Below are positions 14,701-27,520 of a stretch of 50,714 nt of DNA, piece by piece. The notes beneath the pieces were generated by a model that was not told the DNA's origin, made no database searches, and saw nothing but the letters and a program-made list of their open reading frames with translations. Each line of letters opens with the position of its first letter. Within the stretch, counting starts at the first letter, position 1. The position numbers and the translations under genes were made by a program. Source of the DNA: Girardia tigrina (taxonomy: Eukaryota); NCBI GenBank assembly GCA_001938485.1, contig MQRK01233174.1, positions 1-50,714 of the forward strand, written 5' to 3'.

Positions 14701-17700
14701 NNNNNNNNNNNNNNNNNNNNNNNNNNNNNNNNNNNNNNNNNNNNNNNNNNNNNNNNNNNNNNNNNNNNNNNNNNNNNNNNNNNNNNNNNNNNNNNNNNNN
14801 NNNNNNNNNNNNNNNNNNNNNNNNNNNNNNNNNNNNNNNNNNNNNNNNNNNNNNNNNNNNNNNNNNNNNNNNNNNNNNNNNNNNNNNNNNNNNNNNNNNN
14901 NNNNNNNNNNNNNNNNNNNNNNNNNNNNNNNNNNNNNNNNNNNNNNNNNNNNNNNNNNNNNNNNNNNNNNNNNNNNNNNNNNNNNNNNNNNNNNNNNNNN
15001 NNNNNNNNNNNNNNNNNNNNNNNNNNNNNNNNNNNNNNNNNNNNNNNNNNNNNNNNNNNNNNNNNNNNNNNNNNNNNNNNNNNNNNNNNNNNNNNNNNNN
15101 NNNNNNNNNNNNNNNNNNNNNNNNNNNNNNNNNNNNNNNNNNNNNNNNNNNNNNNNNNNNNNNNNNNNNNNNNNNNNNNNNNNNNNNNNNNNNNNNNNNN
15201 NNNNNNNNNNNNNNNNNNNNNNNNNNNNNNNNNNNNNNNNNNNNNNNNNNNNNNNNNNNNNNNNNNNNNNNNNNNNNNNNNNNNNNNNNNNCTGATTTCC
15301 ATTGCGCTGTTTGATTGTTTGTTGACAAGAAACTATTCAATATATTTGAAATTAAATAATTGATTTTTAAAGAGGAATAATATATCTGCCAAGAAATACC
15401 TTATTTATTTTCATACGATAGTTCAAAGTTAAGTTATACGCGATTGAAATGTAAGGTGTGAAGTTTGACCCGTTTCATATCGAACAACCTAATATAAATC
15501 AAGTCTAAGTCTAGGAATAATAAACACAATTCCACGGCAGATCCTCGTCGCCAAAATGTTTTGTTATATTTTAAATTTTGGGACCTGTTCCACACAAACA
15601 AACTAACATAATTAATACATAATACAAAGAACACAACAAAAAGAATTTTATTTTAAATTATTAAGATGTGGAACCTCAAAATTTCAATATTTTTGCATGA
15701 AATTTTGAGACGTTGTTTTCTCACTCACTTGTCACTATTTAATGATTGGGAATTTAAATTTGAAAATAATCATGCCAAAAAACTTTTTGGTTTACAAGCT
15801 TTTATAATTTGTCATATGTTTGCGGTTCTGTATCTGTTTCACCCACTTCCCACATTAAAAGACTTGGATTGTAGTGATTTGTAATGATTTGTTGTATATA
15901 AATTTATTCAACTGAATAAAAGCTTGTAAGTAATAATAATAATTATTATTTGGTAATTTGATAGAGTTTTAATTTCATTTATGAAAATAAACGAAAAGAT
16001 TGCTATGTAATACAGTGTATAAATTTGTAGATAACCGTAAGTGGTTTTTTGAAAAAAAATAAAAAAATTATTTTTTTTCAAAAATTTTCAAGAAAAAGTG
16101 TATTGTGACCTAGAATACATCAGTCCTGAAAGTTTCATGTCGCTAGGTGAACGGAAAGTGGGTAAATTTTCGATCGCAAGATTTGATGCATCCAGATAGA
16201 CAAACAAACAAATGAAACGTAATAAAAGCTTGTAAAACAGTATTTTCGCTCTACCCTAGTATACATGCATGTACTGTATAATTGCTTTGCACTGTTGTAT
16301 ATTAATTAAATTGTTTATTATTGAATATAATTTTCGTGTGATTGTTTTAAAATGCATTTTTTTCTGAACAATGGTAAATGCGTACGACCAAACATTGTTA
16401 TTTTTTCATTAAGTACAATATTTTCAGTTTGTAATAGTTCGCAAAATTAATTTTTATTTGACTTTGCTACCAGGATAAGGGTTCACAATTTAATGACTTA
16501 ATCGAATTTTAAGTAATGAATTTTTTTACTCTGATTTCAATTTTTTAAAACTTTGTAAATTTAGTCCATTAATAAATTGAACGAAAATTTCTTGACCATT
16601 AAAAGATTAATATGAATTTACTTATTTTTCTTTTAACTATTTACTTACGATTTATTTCAGCTCTAATTGTGTGAAAAAAGAAAATTCGGAAATATCTCCT
16701 GAGATTTGTACGAAAAGTGAGAATCTTACTAATGATCCAATTTATGAAAGCAAAGTAAACGATCAAATTGATAACGAAATTGTCAAAACGGAAGATAATA
16801 TTCCAATTCTTGATAATGTTGATCAGATGAAGTCAGAAAAAGAAAGTGAAAGCAATAAAGAAGTAGAAAATAATTGCAAAACACCTGAAAAAGTAAAGAA
16901 AAAAGTTGGACGAAAACCCAAAGATAGTTCTCCAGTTATTTTAGACGAATCACTTGTAAATACAGGATTAAGAAGAAGTGAACGTAAAAGAAAACCAGTT
17001 AATTTGTTTACAATAGCCTACACTGACTCTTGCAAAAAAATCAAATCTGATGCTCAAAAAACCGAAATAAATGAAAGAACAAAAATAAAGTCAGATAAAG
17101 TTCACAAAAAAGTCAAAGAAAAAAGGAAAAAGGGGCGACCTAGAAAATCATCAGATCTTTTAAATTATACCCCTGTTAAAGAGAAAAAGAAAACCAAAAA
17201 GAACAAAGCAAAACATAAGAAAGGCAGGGGACATAAAAAACATATAAGTAAACATCCATGGGAAAATGCTGAGAGTAGTGATGAATATAATGATTTAGAT
17301 GATGATGACGATGTTTATTCTAATGAGGAGTCTGAAAAGTCAATCAACATTAAAGATTTATGGGATGATAAACCAGAAAGTGATTTTGATGTGGGTAATA
17401 TATCATGTAGTAGCGACGAAGAAACATCCAAAGCCCGTGGTAGAAATTATTTTCGACAGAAAAGTATCAAGAAAAAGGAACAAGAAATCGATGATAAACC
17501 GTGTCAAATATGTCTAAAAAATAATATTCCAGAAATGATTTTGTTATGTGATGAATGTGATCTCGGGCACCATGCAATGTGTTTGAGGCCATCATTGATG
17601 ATCATTCCAGAAGGCGATTGGTTTTGTCCTAAATGTCAGCATAAAAGGTTGCTAAACAAATTAACAGAAAAGATAGCTGAACTCGAAAAGTCAATGGTAA

Positions 17701-20700
17701 AAAATAATGCTAAAATAAGAATGCAGGAACGTTTGAACTTTGTCAATATAAGCATGTCAAATATTCTGTCTAAAAATCAAGAAAGAAAACGAAGTCGAAA
17801 ATTATCTTGTGAATCAGAAATCGGCTCACAAAGTGAGTGTAACTCTTCTCAATCTTTGTCTTCAAGCTCAGGTACATGTGATTCTTCAGATAATTCATCA
17901 GAATCCGATTCACGACCTCATGCTCGTTACAAGTTCCGAGAGAATAGTAGAAAGGATAACACGAAATATAATTTCGAAGAAATCGATAAAATATTTGATG
18001 ATGCATTAGAACATGATGAAAAATATAAGCTAATGAAGAAAGAACATGAAAATCGTGAGCAACAAACTGAAGATTCTCACGAAGAAGAATCCGAACCTGA
18101 ATATGATTATAGTGGAATTGAACCTCGAAAGAAGTCGTCAGGCAAAGATATGGCTAATATAATTGACGAAGAAAAACCACCAACCAAGAGTTATTCTAGA
18201 AAAAAGCGATCAAAATATGACAGTGATAATGACGAATTTGAAGATGATACAAAAGATGTCGATTTTAAAATATCTGATCAATCTGATTCTGAATTTGATG
18301 ACGACGAGTGCATCGAAGAAGGTACCAATTGTTCTGATGATGATTGGATTTCAAGTAAAAAGCGAAGTACAAGAAGGAGCATGAAAAAAAAGAAAAAGAA
18401 TCGTCATAAATCTGAACATTTAGGATTTTTTTCTAGACCCAAACGGTGAGTAAGTCTATTGATTAATTTTTATTTATCATATTATCACTCGACTATCTTG
18501 TTTTTCAAAATTATGCACAACAAAACTATTATTCATTGCGTAGAAGCCAAGGGCATCCTTTCTCGTTAACTCTGTAGTATATCATTTTATATAATGTTTC
18601 ATAAAGTACGATGTTTTTAATTTAGCTGCATTTTTGTTTGAAGACTGATAGTACTGTTCCTATCATTTTCATAATTCATTATCACTCTGATCAGAAAACC
18701 ATTTATCGCTTTTAAATTTAGTAGTCACGGAGCTGTTCAATATCGAGCATTGTATTCTTATTGTGAAAATTTAATTACAAAATTGTAGAGTGCTAAGTAG
18801 ATATTGTCCATCAAATTTGTTCGATCTTTTGACGTGATAATGCCATTTCCCACAACAGTTTCAAGCTTGGTACAGCAATTCGATTCATCTTAATTACAAC
18901 CGGAAAATCACTGATTGAAGTATTTAAAAAAATCATCGAAAAAAACGTCGAAATTATAACAATATAACAAATCAAAGACAAAAATAAAAATAGCTAAAGT
19001 AAAAATTCGAAAATGAAAACACAAAAATAAAATTTTTTTATTAATAATAAATAAATCCTGCCTATTAACCCTAATGGAGCCGAAACTATTTCATTTAGAA
19101 AAAAATGAATTTTTGATATTAATTCTGGTTTATTATATCTAAATAACTTGTTCTACATTAAAAAATATTTTTTGTTTCATACGGTCTCATGACTCATGAC
19201 TCATATATACAAAGACTATTGCACCTAATGCCGCCTGTTGCTGAGTCGTCAAATTGATGTAAAAAATATTTGAGCAGTGTTCTTTTAAAAGGACGGTGGC
19301 CCCATTTGGGTTAAGAACATTTAAAGAATTCTTATTTGAATTTTTATTACAATCACATTTAGAGTCATTATGACTCTCAGAATGTCTTTCATCGTTTGCC
19401 GTCGTTCTAATTGGTTTTCTTATTTCTGTTTTTAATCATGATTATTCGAACAATTTTTCTAAGTTATTTTTTAAAATATTTAACCTCTAAAAATATTAAT
19501 TAAAAAATAATAATTTTTACAATTTCTCAATAAATCCCAAAGTAATAAAAATGTCTTCAAATTATTAAAAATGCATTTAGTTTAAACTTTACTAAAAATA
19601 TTAAACTTAATTTTAATTGTGAAATTAAAAATATGAACTTATAAAATGATTATTTTAATTATGTTCGAATAGTCAATCCTTTAAATTTATTGAAAAAAAT
19701 ACCAATTTCCATCTGGGTGGGAGATTCACCATTCTAAATTCAATATACTTAAATCAAAATACATCATCCATACATTTACACATTCAAACAATTTAAAATA
19801 TTCCTCACACTGCCAATTCTAAAATGTAATGTGCTGGATCTCTATTATCTCTATCAATTAGAAAGTCGGTCAGCTGTTCATTAAAAATTCTATATTTTGT
19901 TTTTCTTTTTACATTTTCACCATTAGATTTTCATCTTTACTATTATGTTGATGCAAAAGAAATGTCGTTTTTAATGTATTTAATATTCATTGTTTGAAAT
20001 ATTTAGAAAATCATTAATACAGTAGAACCTGGCTATTCCGGCATGGCAGGGGATTTCAAAATATGACGGAATAAAGAGACTCAGAACAAATACCGTGATT
20101 GAAAAAGGGGGATTTTCGGACCTGCCGGATTAGACAGGTTCAACTGTAAATTTAAATTTACTTTAAAGCTTAAACTTTTCTCTATATTTTGATACCAAGT
20201 ATGACACTGTTGTTAATTTAAGGTGTATTTATTTTATTTTAGAAATGTTAGAAAAGAAGGAAATGAGAACAATTTTATTCTACGATTTCAAACTAGATCG
20301 AGAAGCGAAAGAAACGGCTCGGAATATTAACAATGTATTTTGTCGACATACCACTAATCTACGAGCAGTACAACGTTGGTTTTCTAAGTTTCATAGTGGC
20401 AACGAGATCCTTGAAGATGAAGAACACGGTAGTCGACCAGCACAAGTTGACGACGACCATTTGAAGAAGTTAATCAATGCCGACCCGCATAAAAATTCAC
20501 GGGAAGTCGCTCAAGAACTCAACGTTCGCCAATCAACAGTTGCTCGCCATCTGAAGAAAATCATGAAAGTGAAAAAGATGGATAAGTGGTTGCCGCACGA
20601 ATTAAATGAAAATCAAAAAATCGTCGTTTTAACGTGTCTTCTGCTTTTGCGTAATCAAAGCGACCCGTTTCTGGATCGAATTGTAACGTACGATGAAAAA

Positions 20701-23700
20701 TGGATCCTATACGACAACCGGCGACGTTCAGCTCAGTGGTTGGATTTCAATGAGACTCCAAAGCCTTTCACAAAGCCAAAATTATACCAAAAAAATTCAT
20801 GGTAAATATTTGGTGGTCCGCACATGGTTTAATTCATTACAGCTTCCTAAACAAGGCGAAACAACAACAAATTGACAAAATGCAACAAGAACTACAAAAA
20901 AACGGCCGGCATAACTCAAAAGAAAGGGGCTAATTCTTATGCATAACAACGCTCGTCCAAATGTTGCAAGAAAGACCATACTGAAGTTAAACGAACTGGG
21001 ATATGAAACTTTGCCTCATCCACCGTACTCACCAGACCTTTCTCCTTCAGACTGTCACCTTTTCAAACATTTCAGCCAGTTCCTTCGCGAAAAATGCTTC
21101 AGAAACCAAGGAGATGCTGAAAGAGCCTTGGGCGACTTCATCGCCTCCAGATCTCCAGAATTTTAGGAACCTGGAATAAAAAAATTTGTTACCCGTCGGC
21201 AATAGTGTGCTCAATGTAATGGTTTTTATTTTGACTAATAAAGTTAATTCTAAAGAAAGTTATGTTCATTTAAAGTTGACGGTTAAAAAACGATATTTCT
21301 TTTGCATCAACCTAATATATCTTGATTTTTGGCCAACTTTTTTAATATATTCTGATCCAAATGAAACAAACGTCCTTGGAGTCGTGCTATTGGAAATGTC
21401 AGCTAAAATGCATTTAAAGCAGCTTTTTTGAATGTACATATGTTTTTTAGCGCAATTTCCATACTGACAATTGCGATTATTAATTGGTTATTTCTGTGTG
21501 GATGGATGGATGGATGTGTGTCCGCAGCTTTAAGTCGTATCTCCTCAATCCTTTCGTTCGGTCACAAAAAATTAATCATAGTCAAATACTGATATAAACG
21601 TTTTAATATTTGGGCACTGAATAACATAAGGAAATTGCACTTAAATTGTCACTAGACTTTTTATTAAGTTGTTTTACGTTTTAACGTGCTACGGTTGCGC
21701 CTTCCTGTGGAAATCAGTAATTATATGCGGTATTTCATTCATCTCAGAAGCCAAAAATCGCGTATCAGTGTCCGATATCCCACTCCGTTTACCTTTAGTA
21801 ACGTACCATTATTATCTTTGAAAAATTGTCCAATGACTATACGAGCATACACCATACCAAACAGTAACTTTTCGCAATTTAAAGGCAAGAATGTTTCGCA
21901 TGTTAAGATTGTATTAAACGCGATGAGACTTAGCAGCTGGCATTAATTTTTGTACCAATTGAATTTTTTATGGAAAAGCATACAAATCGACCTTGAGAAT
22001 TTCCTCAAAGTCGATGAATGCGTACCAAACTGCTGAGCACCGCGACGATATAAAATAAAACATCGGGTACCACAAAAATGTACCATTTATTTTGCTTTTT
22101 GTGGGTTCTATTGTGCGTTCTTGAGAAAATGATCCGATGTGCAGGATGACGAGCTTTTCAACCTTAGGGGTGTAAGTGCTAGTTAAAATTTATTATCGAG
22201 AATAGTGTATATCAGGTGTGACCAACGAGATTTATCACACTTACAAAATATAGGGTTGACTAAAAACATTTTTGAAACATCAGAATCAAAAATAGATTTT
22301 TATAATACTTACGTCACAAGAAAAATTTTCGAATTTGATAAATCTGGCATTAAAGTTAAAAGCGCTTTTGGTTCAACTTACACCTGCAAATCGTTCGAAA
22401 ATGAAAATGACTAAACACAAAACAAGGTCAAACATAACTGACGCTAACATTCACGTCCAATTACGATATGCAAATACTAAAATAGAAATCGATTTGCAAG
22501 GGCTAAGTTTAAGAATTGAGGAACAAATATCGTACTAGTAAAATAAATATGTTTTAATGACTTCATTTTTTATATTTATATATTTCTTTACTGTGTGCGT
22601 TAATTATTATTAAATTATCTGTGTTAATGTGTAGGAATAATAATAATAATAACTTATTGTGTTTCATTTTCTCACTCCAAAAATATCTATATCTTACAAT
22701 ATTGTAATTTTAAATGTGGCCCGCGGAGATATGATGATTTTCAAAAGTGGCCCCTAAGATCATTTAATTTGGCCACCTCTGGTGTATATATACCTCCCTA
22801 ACTTGAACACCTCACTAAGTTGAACATTTTTTTGTAACGGAAGGGTAATTCTCTTGTGTATAAATTATTTAGAAATTTCCAGTTAATTGTTAAAGTAAAA
22901 TATGTCTCAACAACAGTTTCTTTAATTTTTTATGTAATTAATATATAGGTTTAATATATAATTAATATATGGGCCTTTTCAATTTAATTTACAAGTAAAA
23001 CATCATTTCGTTCAAGAAGAGCTCTTCTATCAAAGAAAAACATAAACCTAGGTAACAAAGTTCCTCCAGTTTTAAATACCATCAAGAATGTGACAATGTG
23101 ACAATTTATGAAACAACCTTAAGTTAAGGAGTCGCATGTACTTAAAAAAACCACATAACTGGACACTTCAAGTTTATTGAATCCACTGACAAAAACGAAA
23201 AGAGCGGATCGGCCTAATTGCAGTAGAGTTTTAAGTTCTATGGAACAAAACATTGAACTTCACGATCAAGCCTTTTTATGAAAAACTAACAACACATCTC
23301 AAGCTTTGCAGAAAAAGACAAAACTTCGGTTCATTAAATGAACTATTTGACTTGATCAGCTTAGATGACATTACAATCAATTGATGACACAATCATTACT
23401 TGTTTATTTAAGCAGAGTTCAAACTCATTTTTTTCTTGAGACCTGACGATGACGGTTATACCTTCAAAATAAATTGTCGTAAAAAATAAAACTTATTGTC
23501 CAAATGGAGTCCTTTTTTCATTAAATTATTGATTTTTGTAATTAATAAATCTCATTCATTCATTAGTAAGGTGCTTTTAAAATTATTAAAACGTCTGTGA
23601 TTTTTGGGCATTATTTTAAGTATTAATAAGTCTCTTAGTTCAGTAGATATTTTATATTTGTTTAAAAATGAGTTTAAGAAGCTGTGAACTTCAGTTTCGT

Positions 23701-24679
23701 TTTTTTTTGTTATTAGAATATGCATTTTTTCGATGAGTGTCTTGATAAGGTGAAGTTTTCTATATTTTAAAAAGTAAAATAATAGTCACCAAAGTACCGT
23801 AGTTCTTTATTAGTTACTGACTGCATTAGTTATTTGCAGTTTATTTGTAATTCTCTCATAATTTTTTTCCAATTAACATAGTTTTTACACCAATTAAAAT
23901 CGTCTTGATAACTAGGGTTTTATTGTGCAACTAAATAGAGTAAACCAATATATTCTAATACTTACTGAAGTACCAACTGAGCTAAGAATTGCAAAAATTT
24001 TCTCCCCTAAAAATTAAAAAAATTCTTAAAAATTGATTGTTGTGAAATTAATGTGAAGAGAAAGCATAATTTGATAATTTGAAACAGAAATGCAACGAGA
24101 AATATAAATTATCGAAACATGCTTGGCGAAGAAGACGAGGATGATTCTGAATTAAATGAACAATCCCCGGAATATGAGTCGAGCGAGGATGATACCAAAC
24201 CTCCACCTGTTGTGTCTAGAAAAAAAGATCGACAGACCGGTCGATTGAAAAAACGAATAATATCAGATTCTGAATACGAAGAAGAGAATTCCAAATCCGA
24301 ATCGATTGCCGATTCTGGCTCAACAGAAAAATTAGAAACTGTCAAGAGAAAACAAAAATTCAAACCCGATCTCAACAGTGACTCTGACAGTGGAACACAA
24401 ACTCAATCTAAAATACCAAAAATCGATAATGACGATTCTATATCGAACGATTGTCCTGTAACTGGTAATCCTCCAGTCGCTCCAGTCATTACCAGTTTTC
24501 CTCCATTGAAACCCTCTATAAATTATCCTCCATTAGGTATCTTAAACCCGATGAGAGCCAAAGGAGATGAAGATAACGATATCGAAAACGAAGTAGAATC
24601 TGAAACAGAATGTGATTTGACGATTTGTCTGAACAATCAAGATTTGAGTAATAATCAGAATATTGCACCGAAACCGTAG
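2789..24679 (+). CDS. RSF1: Remodeling and spacing factor 1 (ISWI partner); join(2789..2924,2986..3371,8336..8553,16661..18445,24088..24679), 3117 nt, about 1038 aa
   Basis: N-terminus PEFASICSFIELFG...FDCQFDRNNKFKEKIN...LRSLPFGSDIHGCVYW matches the RSF1 DDT/WHIM pattern. PHD CQIC..LLCDECDLGHHAMCLRP..IPEGDWFCPKC. All four introns are GT-AG with consistent phases (1,0,2,2). Kozak-like CCACCATGG; stop TAG at 24677-24679. Confidence 0.92.
2986..3371 (+). CDS. RSF1: RSF1 exon 2 (DDT end, WHIM motifs)
   Basis: In frame with ORF 2991; donor AAG|gtgggc at 3372. Confidence 0.9.
3500..4710. repeat. Degenerate AT-rich minisatellite (ATTAAATTGAGAATTTT-type units)
   Basis: Motif recurs many times on both sides of the 3819-4403 insertion. 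Confidence 0.75.
3819..4403. mobile_element. MITE-like insertion with imperfect ~32-bp terminal inverted repeats
   Basis: ggaacgaatgtttttctaccccccatatatta versus taatatgtggggggcagtataacagtagtacc; interrupts the minisatellite; internal ~70-bp direct repeat. Confidence 0.55.
4957..5430 (+). mobile_element. DINE-1/HINE-like (Helentron-associated) non-autonomous element, gap in middle
   Basis: Subterminal IR agcgcaattt...aaattgcgct, short internal IR, GTGT/GGAT microsatellite, T-run flanks; 3 copies in the window. Confidence 0.7.
7600..8130 (-). mobile_element. Highly decayed PIF/Harbinger-like transposase remnant
   Basis: Minus-strand peptide TRGF...QTFTSEEASHVRTMQNRIHV resembles the DRGF...EE..R..R.HVER motif; many stops. 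Confidence 0.35.
8336..8553 (+). CDS. RSF1: RSF1 exon 3
   Basis: Acceptor gcag at 8335; IVAESIEGLHKLRTEL continues the WHIM region; donor gtgagt at 8554 (phase 2). Confidence 0.8.
9113..10559 (+). mobile_element. mariner (DD34D) element; transposase from 9303, centre in gap
   Basis: TIRs ttaggttggtcgaaaaataatggcggtttt / aaaaccgccattatttttcgaccaacctaa; TA TSD; HDNARPH and YSPDLSPPD motifs. Confidence 0.95.
10565..11199 (-). pseudogene. ATMIN/ASCIZ-like C2H2 zinc-finger pseudogene nested antisense in RSF1 intron 3
   Basis: From ATG 11199: YSCSIC*TDVK/IKANLKGH*IKTH, then CPVENCKYHISSGKGISKFSILK*HYNWVHVPHAFICSSCNKSF and a downstream ETQI. Three stops and two compensating frameshifts. Confidence 0.6.
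11560..11704. repeat. (TA)n microsatellite spanning a gap
   Basis: Directly visible. Confidence 0.95.
13700..14205 (-). mobile_element. LTR-retrotransposon gag (capsid-like) remnant with PBS-like TGGTAGCGA
   Basis: WLKKFD...LLALLD...LQKRY...TFIAGVP..L gag-like pattern; TGG-starting motif just upstream of ATG near 14176; frameshift. Confidence 0.55.
14239..15492 (-). mobile_element. mariner element, mostly in gap (CDS about 15302 to 14317)
   Basis: TIRs ttaggttgttcgatatgaaacgggtcaaa at both ends; TA TSD; about 1.25 kb; C-terminus VDNMGGYFD*. Confidence 0.9.
15770..16238. mobile_element. Second DINE-1/HINE-like family
   Basis: IR ttacaagcttttat (15792) and ataaaagcttgtaa (about 15916 and 16222); CAAA/GATA microsatellite; small hairpin at 15774-15790. 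Confidence 0.45.
16661..18445 (+). CDS. RSF1: RSF1 exon 4 (AT-hook-like KKGRPRK, PHD finger, acidic and basic tracts)
   Basis: Acceptor tttatttcag at 16660; 592-aa open frame; donor gtgagt at 18446. Confidence 0.92.
19069..19310. mobile_element. piggyBac-type MITE
   Basis: TTAA|CCCTAATGGAGCC ... GGCCCCATTTGGG|TTAA. Confidence 0.75.
19943..21315 (+). mobile_element. Full-length defective mariner (DD34D); transposase pseudogene about 20245-21240
   Basis: TIRs ttatgttgatgcaaaagaaat / atttcttttgcatcaacctaa; TA TSD; WLPHEL, TYDEKW, HNNARP (catalytic D to N), YSPDLSPSD; frameshifts and stops. Confidence 0.95.
20020..20146. mobile_element. pogo/Tigger-like MITE nested in the mariner 5' UTR
   Basis: TA|CAGTAGAACCTGGCTATTCCGGCA ... 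TGCCGGATTAGACAGGTTCAACTG|TA. Confidence 0.8.
21444..21675 (+). mobile_element. Internally deleted copy of the DINE-1/HINE-like element
   Basis: Both ends match 4957-5430; (GGAT)3 expansion; 5' and 3' halves joined near 21547. Confidence 0.75.
22213..22781 (+). mobile_element. Non-autonomous hAT (Buster/SPIN-like) element
   Basis: Perfect 8-bp TSD GTGTATAT (22205-22212 and 22782-22789); TIRs CAGGTGTGACCAA / TTGGCCACCTCTG; hATC remnant FGSTYTC..SKMK..RSNITD. Confidence 0.9.
24088..24679 (+). CDS. RSF1: RSF1 terminal exon 5
   Basis: Acceptor aacag at 24087; splicing gives RPKRNATRNINYRNM in frame with ORF 24119; TAG stop. Confidence 0.82.
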
Positions 24680-25003
24680 CAATATATTTCTATATCCGAA
24701 TCGATGAAAATTTGCGGACGACCTTTGTTTTACCAAACCATTTGTCACCTATGTGTTCTATTTCGCAAGTGATTTTCTCTATCTATTCTTCTTTCTCGGA
24801 CTTCATTTTCCATTTTTATTCGAATGGGTTGTTTGATTGTCCAAATCGGATCCGATGCATTTCACCGACGACACATTTTTATATTTTTATTTATTATATT
24901 TGTAATGAAATATCTTCAACTCTCATTTTAATTGTGACAGTTATTTTCAATGTCTTTTTTTATTGAAATGTGTACATTCTGTCTAGAATATCGATTTTTT
25001 TGT

Positions 25004-25009
25004 AATAAA
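25004..25009 (+). promoter_or_regulatory. Probable RSF1 polyadenylation signal AATAAA
   Basis: AATAAA about 325 nt after the stop, following a T-rich 3' UTR. Confidence 0.5.
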
Positions 25010-25120
25010 TATTGTTATTTATTAGATTATTTACTGTTTCGGAGGTAATTTTCAGATAGTCAAAAATTGATTAAAATTAAAAAAGAAACGTGTCACTAAA
25101 ATTTTGCGAAAAAAATTTAA

Positions 25121-27520
25121 CTCTTTCGCGACGGGTGTCGTGTATATTACGACGGTCACTTGGTGCAACACAGTTAGGGTTTCAGGAGACTCTGATTTAA
25201 TAGACTCGTCAAGTTCGATTGCAATTCGGTCAGACTTTAAACTTCGGTCGAGTTCGATTTAAAAATCAATTATTAAAACATTCTTTTTGTGACAATATAA
25301 AAAGATTCTTCAGCATTTGTTGGGCTTGGTTTAATAGTTAATTTTGCATTTTTTAGTTTTCTATTAAATCCGTTCTTTGTTTGGTGCAGTTGAATAATGG
25401 GAATTTCGTTTTCCCAGCTGCTCCAGTTGTCCGCATAAGGTGTAGATATAGGAGAATAAGCCTGTTTTAACATATTGTCTAGTTCCTCTTTCAACGTCAA
25501 TTATCATTGGAGGTACTAGAATTAGGTTCTTCAACGATGCTTTGAAATGGAAAATCTTTGTTGTTATCAAAAGTGCCTTAGACATTCCAATAATTCTTCT
25601 AAATTCTTGTTCTTTCGACAATTTAATCGGAATTGAATTGTAGTTAAAATAGAGACTCATGAAAGCACCATTTATTTCTATTTTTCCAGCATAAATGTTA
25701 TTGCTAATCGTCCAGTAGAAATGTTAGCATTATCTCTGCTAAGGACGTCCACTGTTATATTTTTTTTGTTGAGTTTGAAAATGACTCTGGAATTGATCGC
25801 AGAAATTTCTAGTTAATTGTAGAAAGCTACTAATGGTCATCGACGAGTTCCAATTTTAGTTGTCTTTATGCATTGAATAGATCAAGTCTAGTCCACATTT
25901 ATTTTTAATGTAGTATTTGATGGAGTCTGATTTTTTCCTACCAGTTGATTCTTGAGATGTTCCACAATGCAAAGTCGGTAGCACATAAATAATCTTTGAT
26001 TTCGCTTGATAGAAGACAAGTCTCATTTCTTTATTTTGTACAAACGTTAAATCGTAAAGATTCATTTTGGATTAAACTTGTGTTAGTACTTATCTTCTAT
26101 TCGGTTTGATTGCTCCAACGATTGACCTTGATTTCTCTGCAAGTTTCTAAACTAGGTGAATAGTGAAGAAAATCTCTGTACAGACATATCCATTTTTAGA
26201 TATTGAATCATCAGGGATATAATAATATATTCACCAATGCTCATTGTTGTTATTCTTGATTCATCATTACCAAGATAAGGAATGAGATATATTCAATACT
26301 TTTTACTTCAACTAGTATCATATTATAAGGAAACAATCTATTCGTTCTACAAACTCTGAAAATACCAATAAACTATTTCCCTATATTAAAATTTACAGAA
26401 ACAGTTTTATCAAACTATATATTGTTTGATGAACCTATTTCCGTTGTAACTTATAAGTAACGAAATGAATAACGAATTTAACTAAATGAACGAATTTAAT
26501 CTGAAATAATAAATTTACGTACAGTTGCCCATTTGTTTCATTACCATAAAGAAATAGAGTCTTAAAATATAGTCGACCAATATCGCAGGAATAATTTAAT
26601 TTTTCTTGTCACAAAATCGTCAGTAACTGTCAACGATGTCAGCAATGTCAAAATATAATTGTCAGTAATGTCAGAAAAGACAACCAAATTAATAGTAAGT
26701 TAAATTAATTGTCGGATAAATTCATCGTTGGTTAATTATTGTGATCGATTTCATTATTAAATTTTGAAATTCAAAATTTTTGAATTTTTATTTTGATTTA
26801 TAATTGCCTATCGCAATTTATGTATAATAATTTATTATTTAATATTGGGGAAAAAGATAATGCGAGGGAAAATATAACCCACTTCTTTCTTCAATTTTCT
26901 TTCTTTTTTCAATTTAATGTGACTCTACTTTCCTCTTTTTGTTTGACTTCTTTCCATACACATAAGATACAAAAAATAAAAATACAAAAATTAATAAAGC
27001 AACAAGGTTTACTCTAGCGACATGAAAAGAGTAAAAATAATTTCATCAACGAAAACCACACAGACAGTGAAAGATATGTGACAACAACAAAAAGAAAGAG
27101 AGGTCGGCATCACACACATATAGTGAAAGACAAACATATTGATATTCATACAAACAGAGAGCGTTCACACTACACATATATTTGATATCAAACTTGTCTG
27201 GCTTGTTATTGATAAATTGAAAAATCGGAAGCAAGCATTTAAGGGGAATAATTTCTCGTCAGTAATAAAATCCGCATCGGGTGTGTAGATTTTCTGAAAA
27301 CTGTTTACTATCCTGTTAGGAATCATGGACATCAGCAAATATTTGAAGTATTTCTATCTTTGGCATCTGATAGTCATCTTCTCGAACAGTAAATACTTCT
27401 TTATTTGACGTAAATGATCTCTTAACATCGTTTTCTGAAACATCTCACACCTATATACATTTAATCAAAGGAGATCATATGTGAAATTTGTCTTGTTTAT
27501 GGCTGCTTTGATGAATAGAA
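25121..27520 (-). mobile_element. Decayed, interrupted piggyBac (PGBD4-like) transposon
   Basis: Terminus TTAA|CTCTTTCGCGACG; fragments YTPDADFITDEKLFP, QFINNKPDKFDIK, KKSDSIKYYIKNKCGLD. Far boundary uncertain. Confidence 0.75.

Noticed and set aside
4931-15340. Long ORFs full of X and YIYIYI ORFs in the ORF track
   Set aside because: Artefacts of N gaps and (TA)n microsatellites.
20245-21166. Domesticated SETMAR-like gene
   Set aside because: No SET domain; intact TIRs and TA TSD; frameshifts and a catalytic D to N change indicate a dead mariner.
22140-22183. Helitron 3' end (CTAG|T)
   Set aside because: No convincing GC-rich hairpin upstream and no 5' TC terminus identified.
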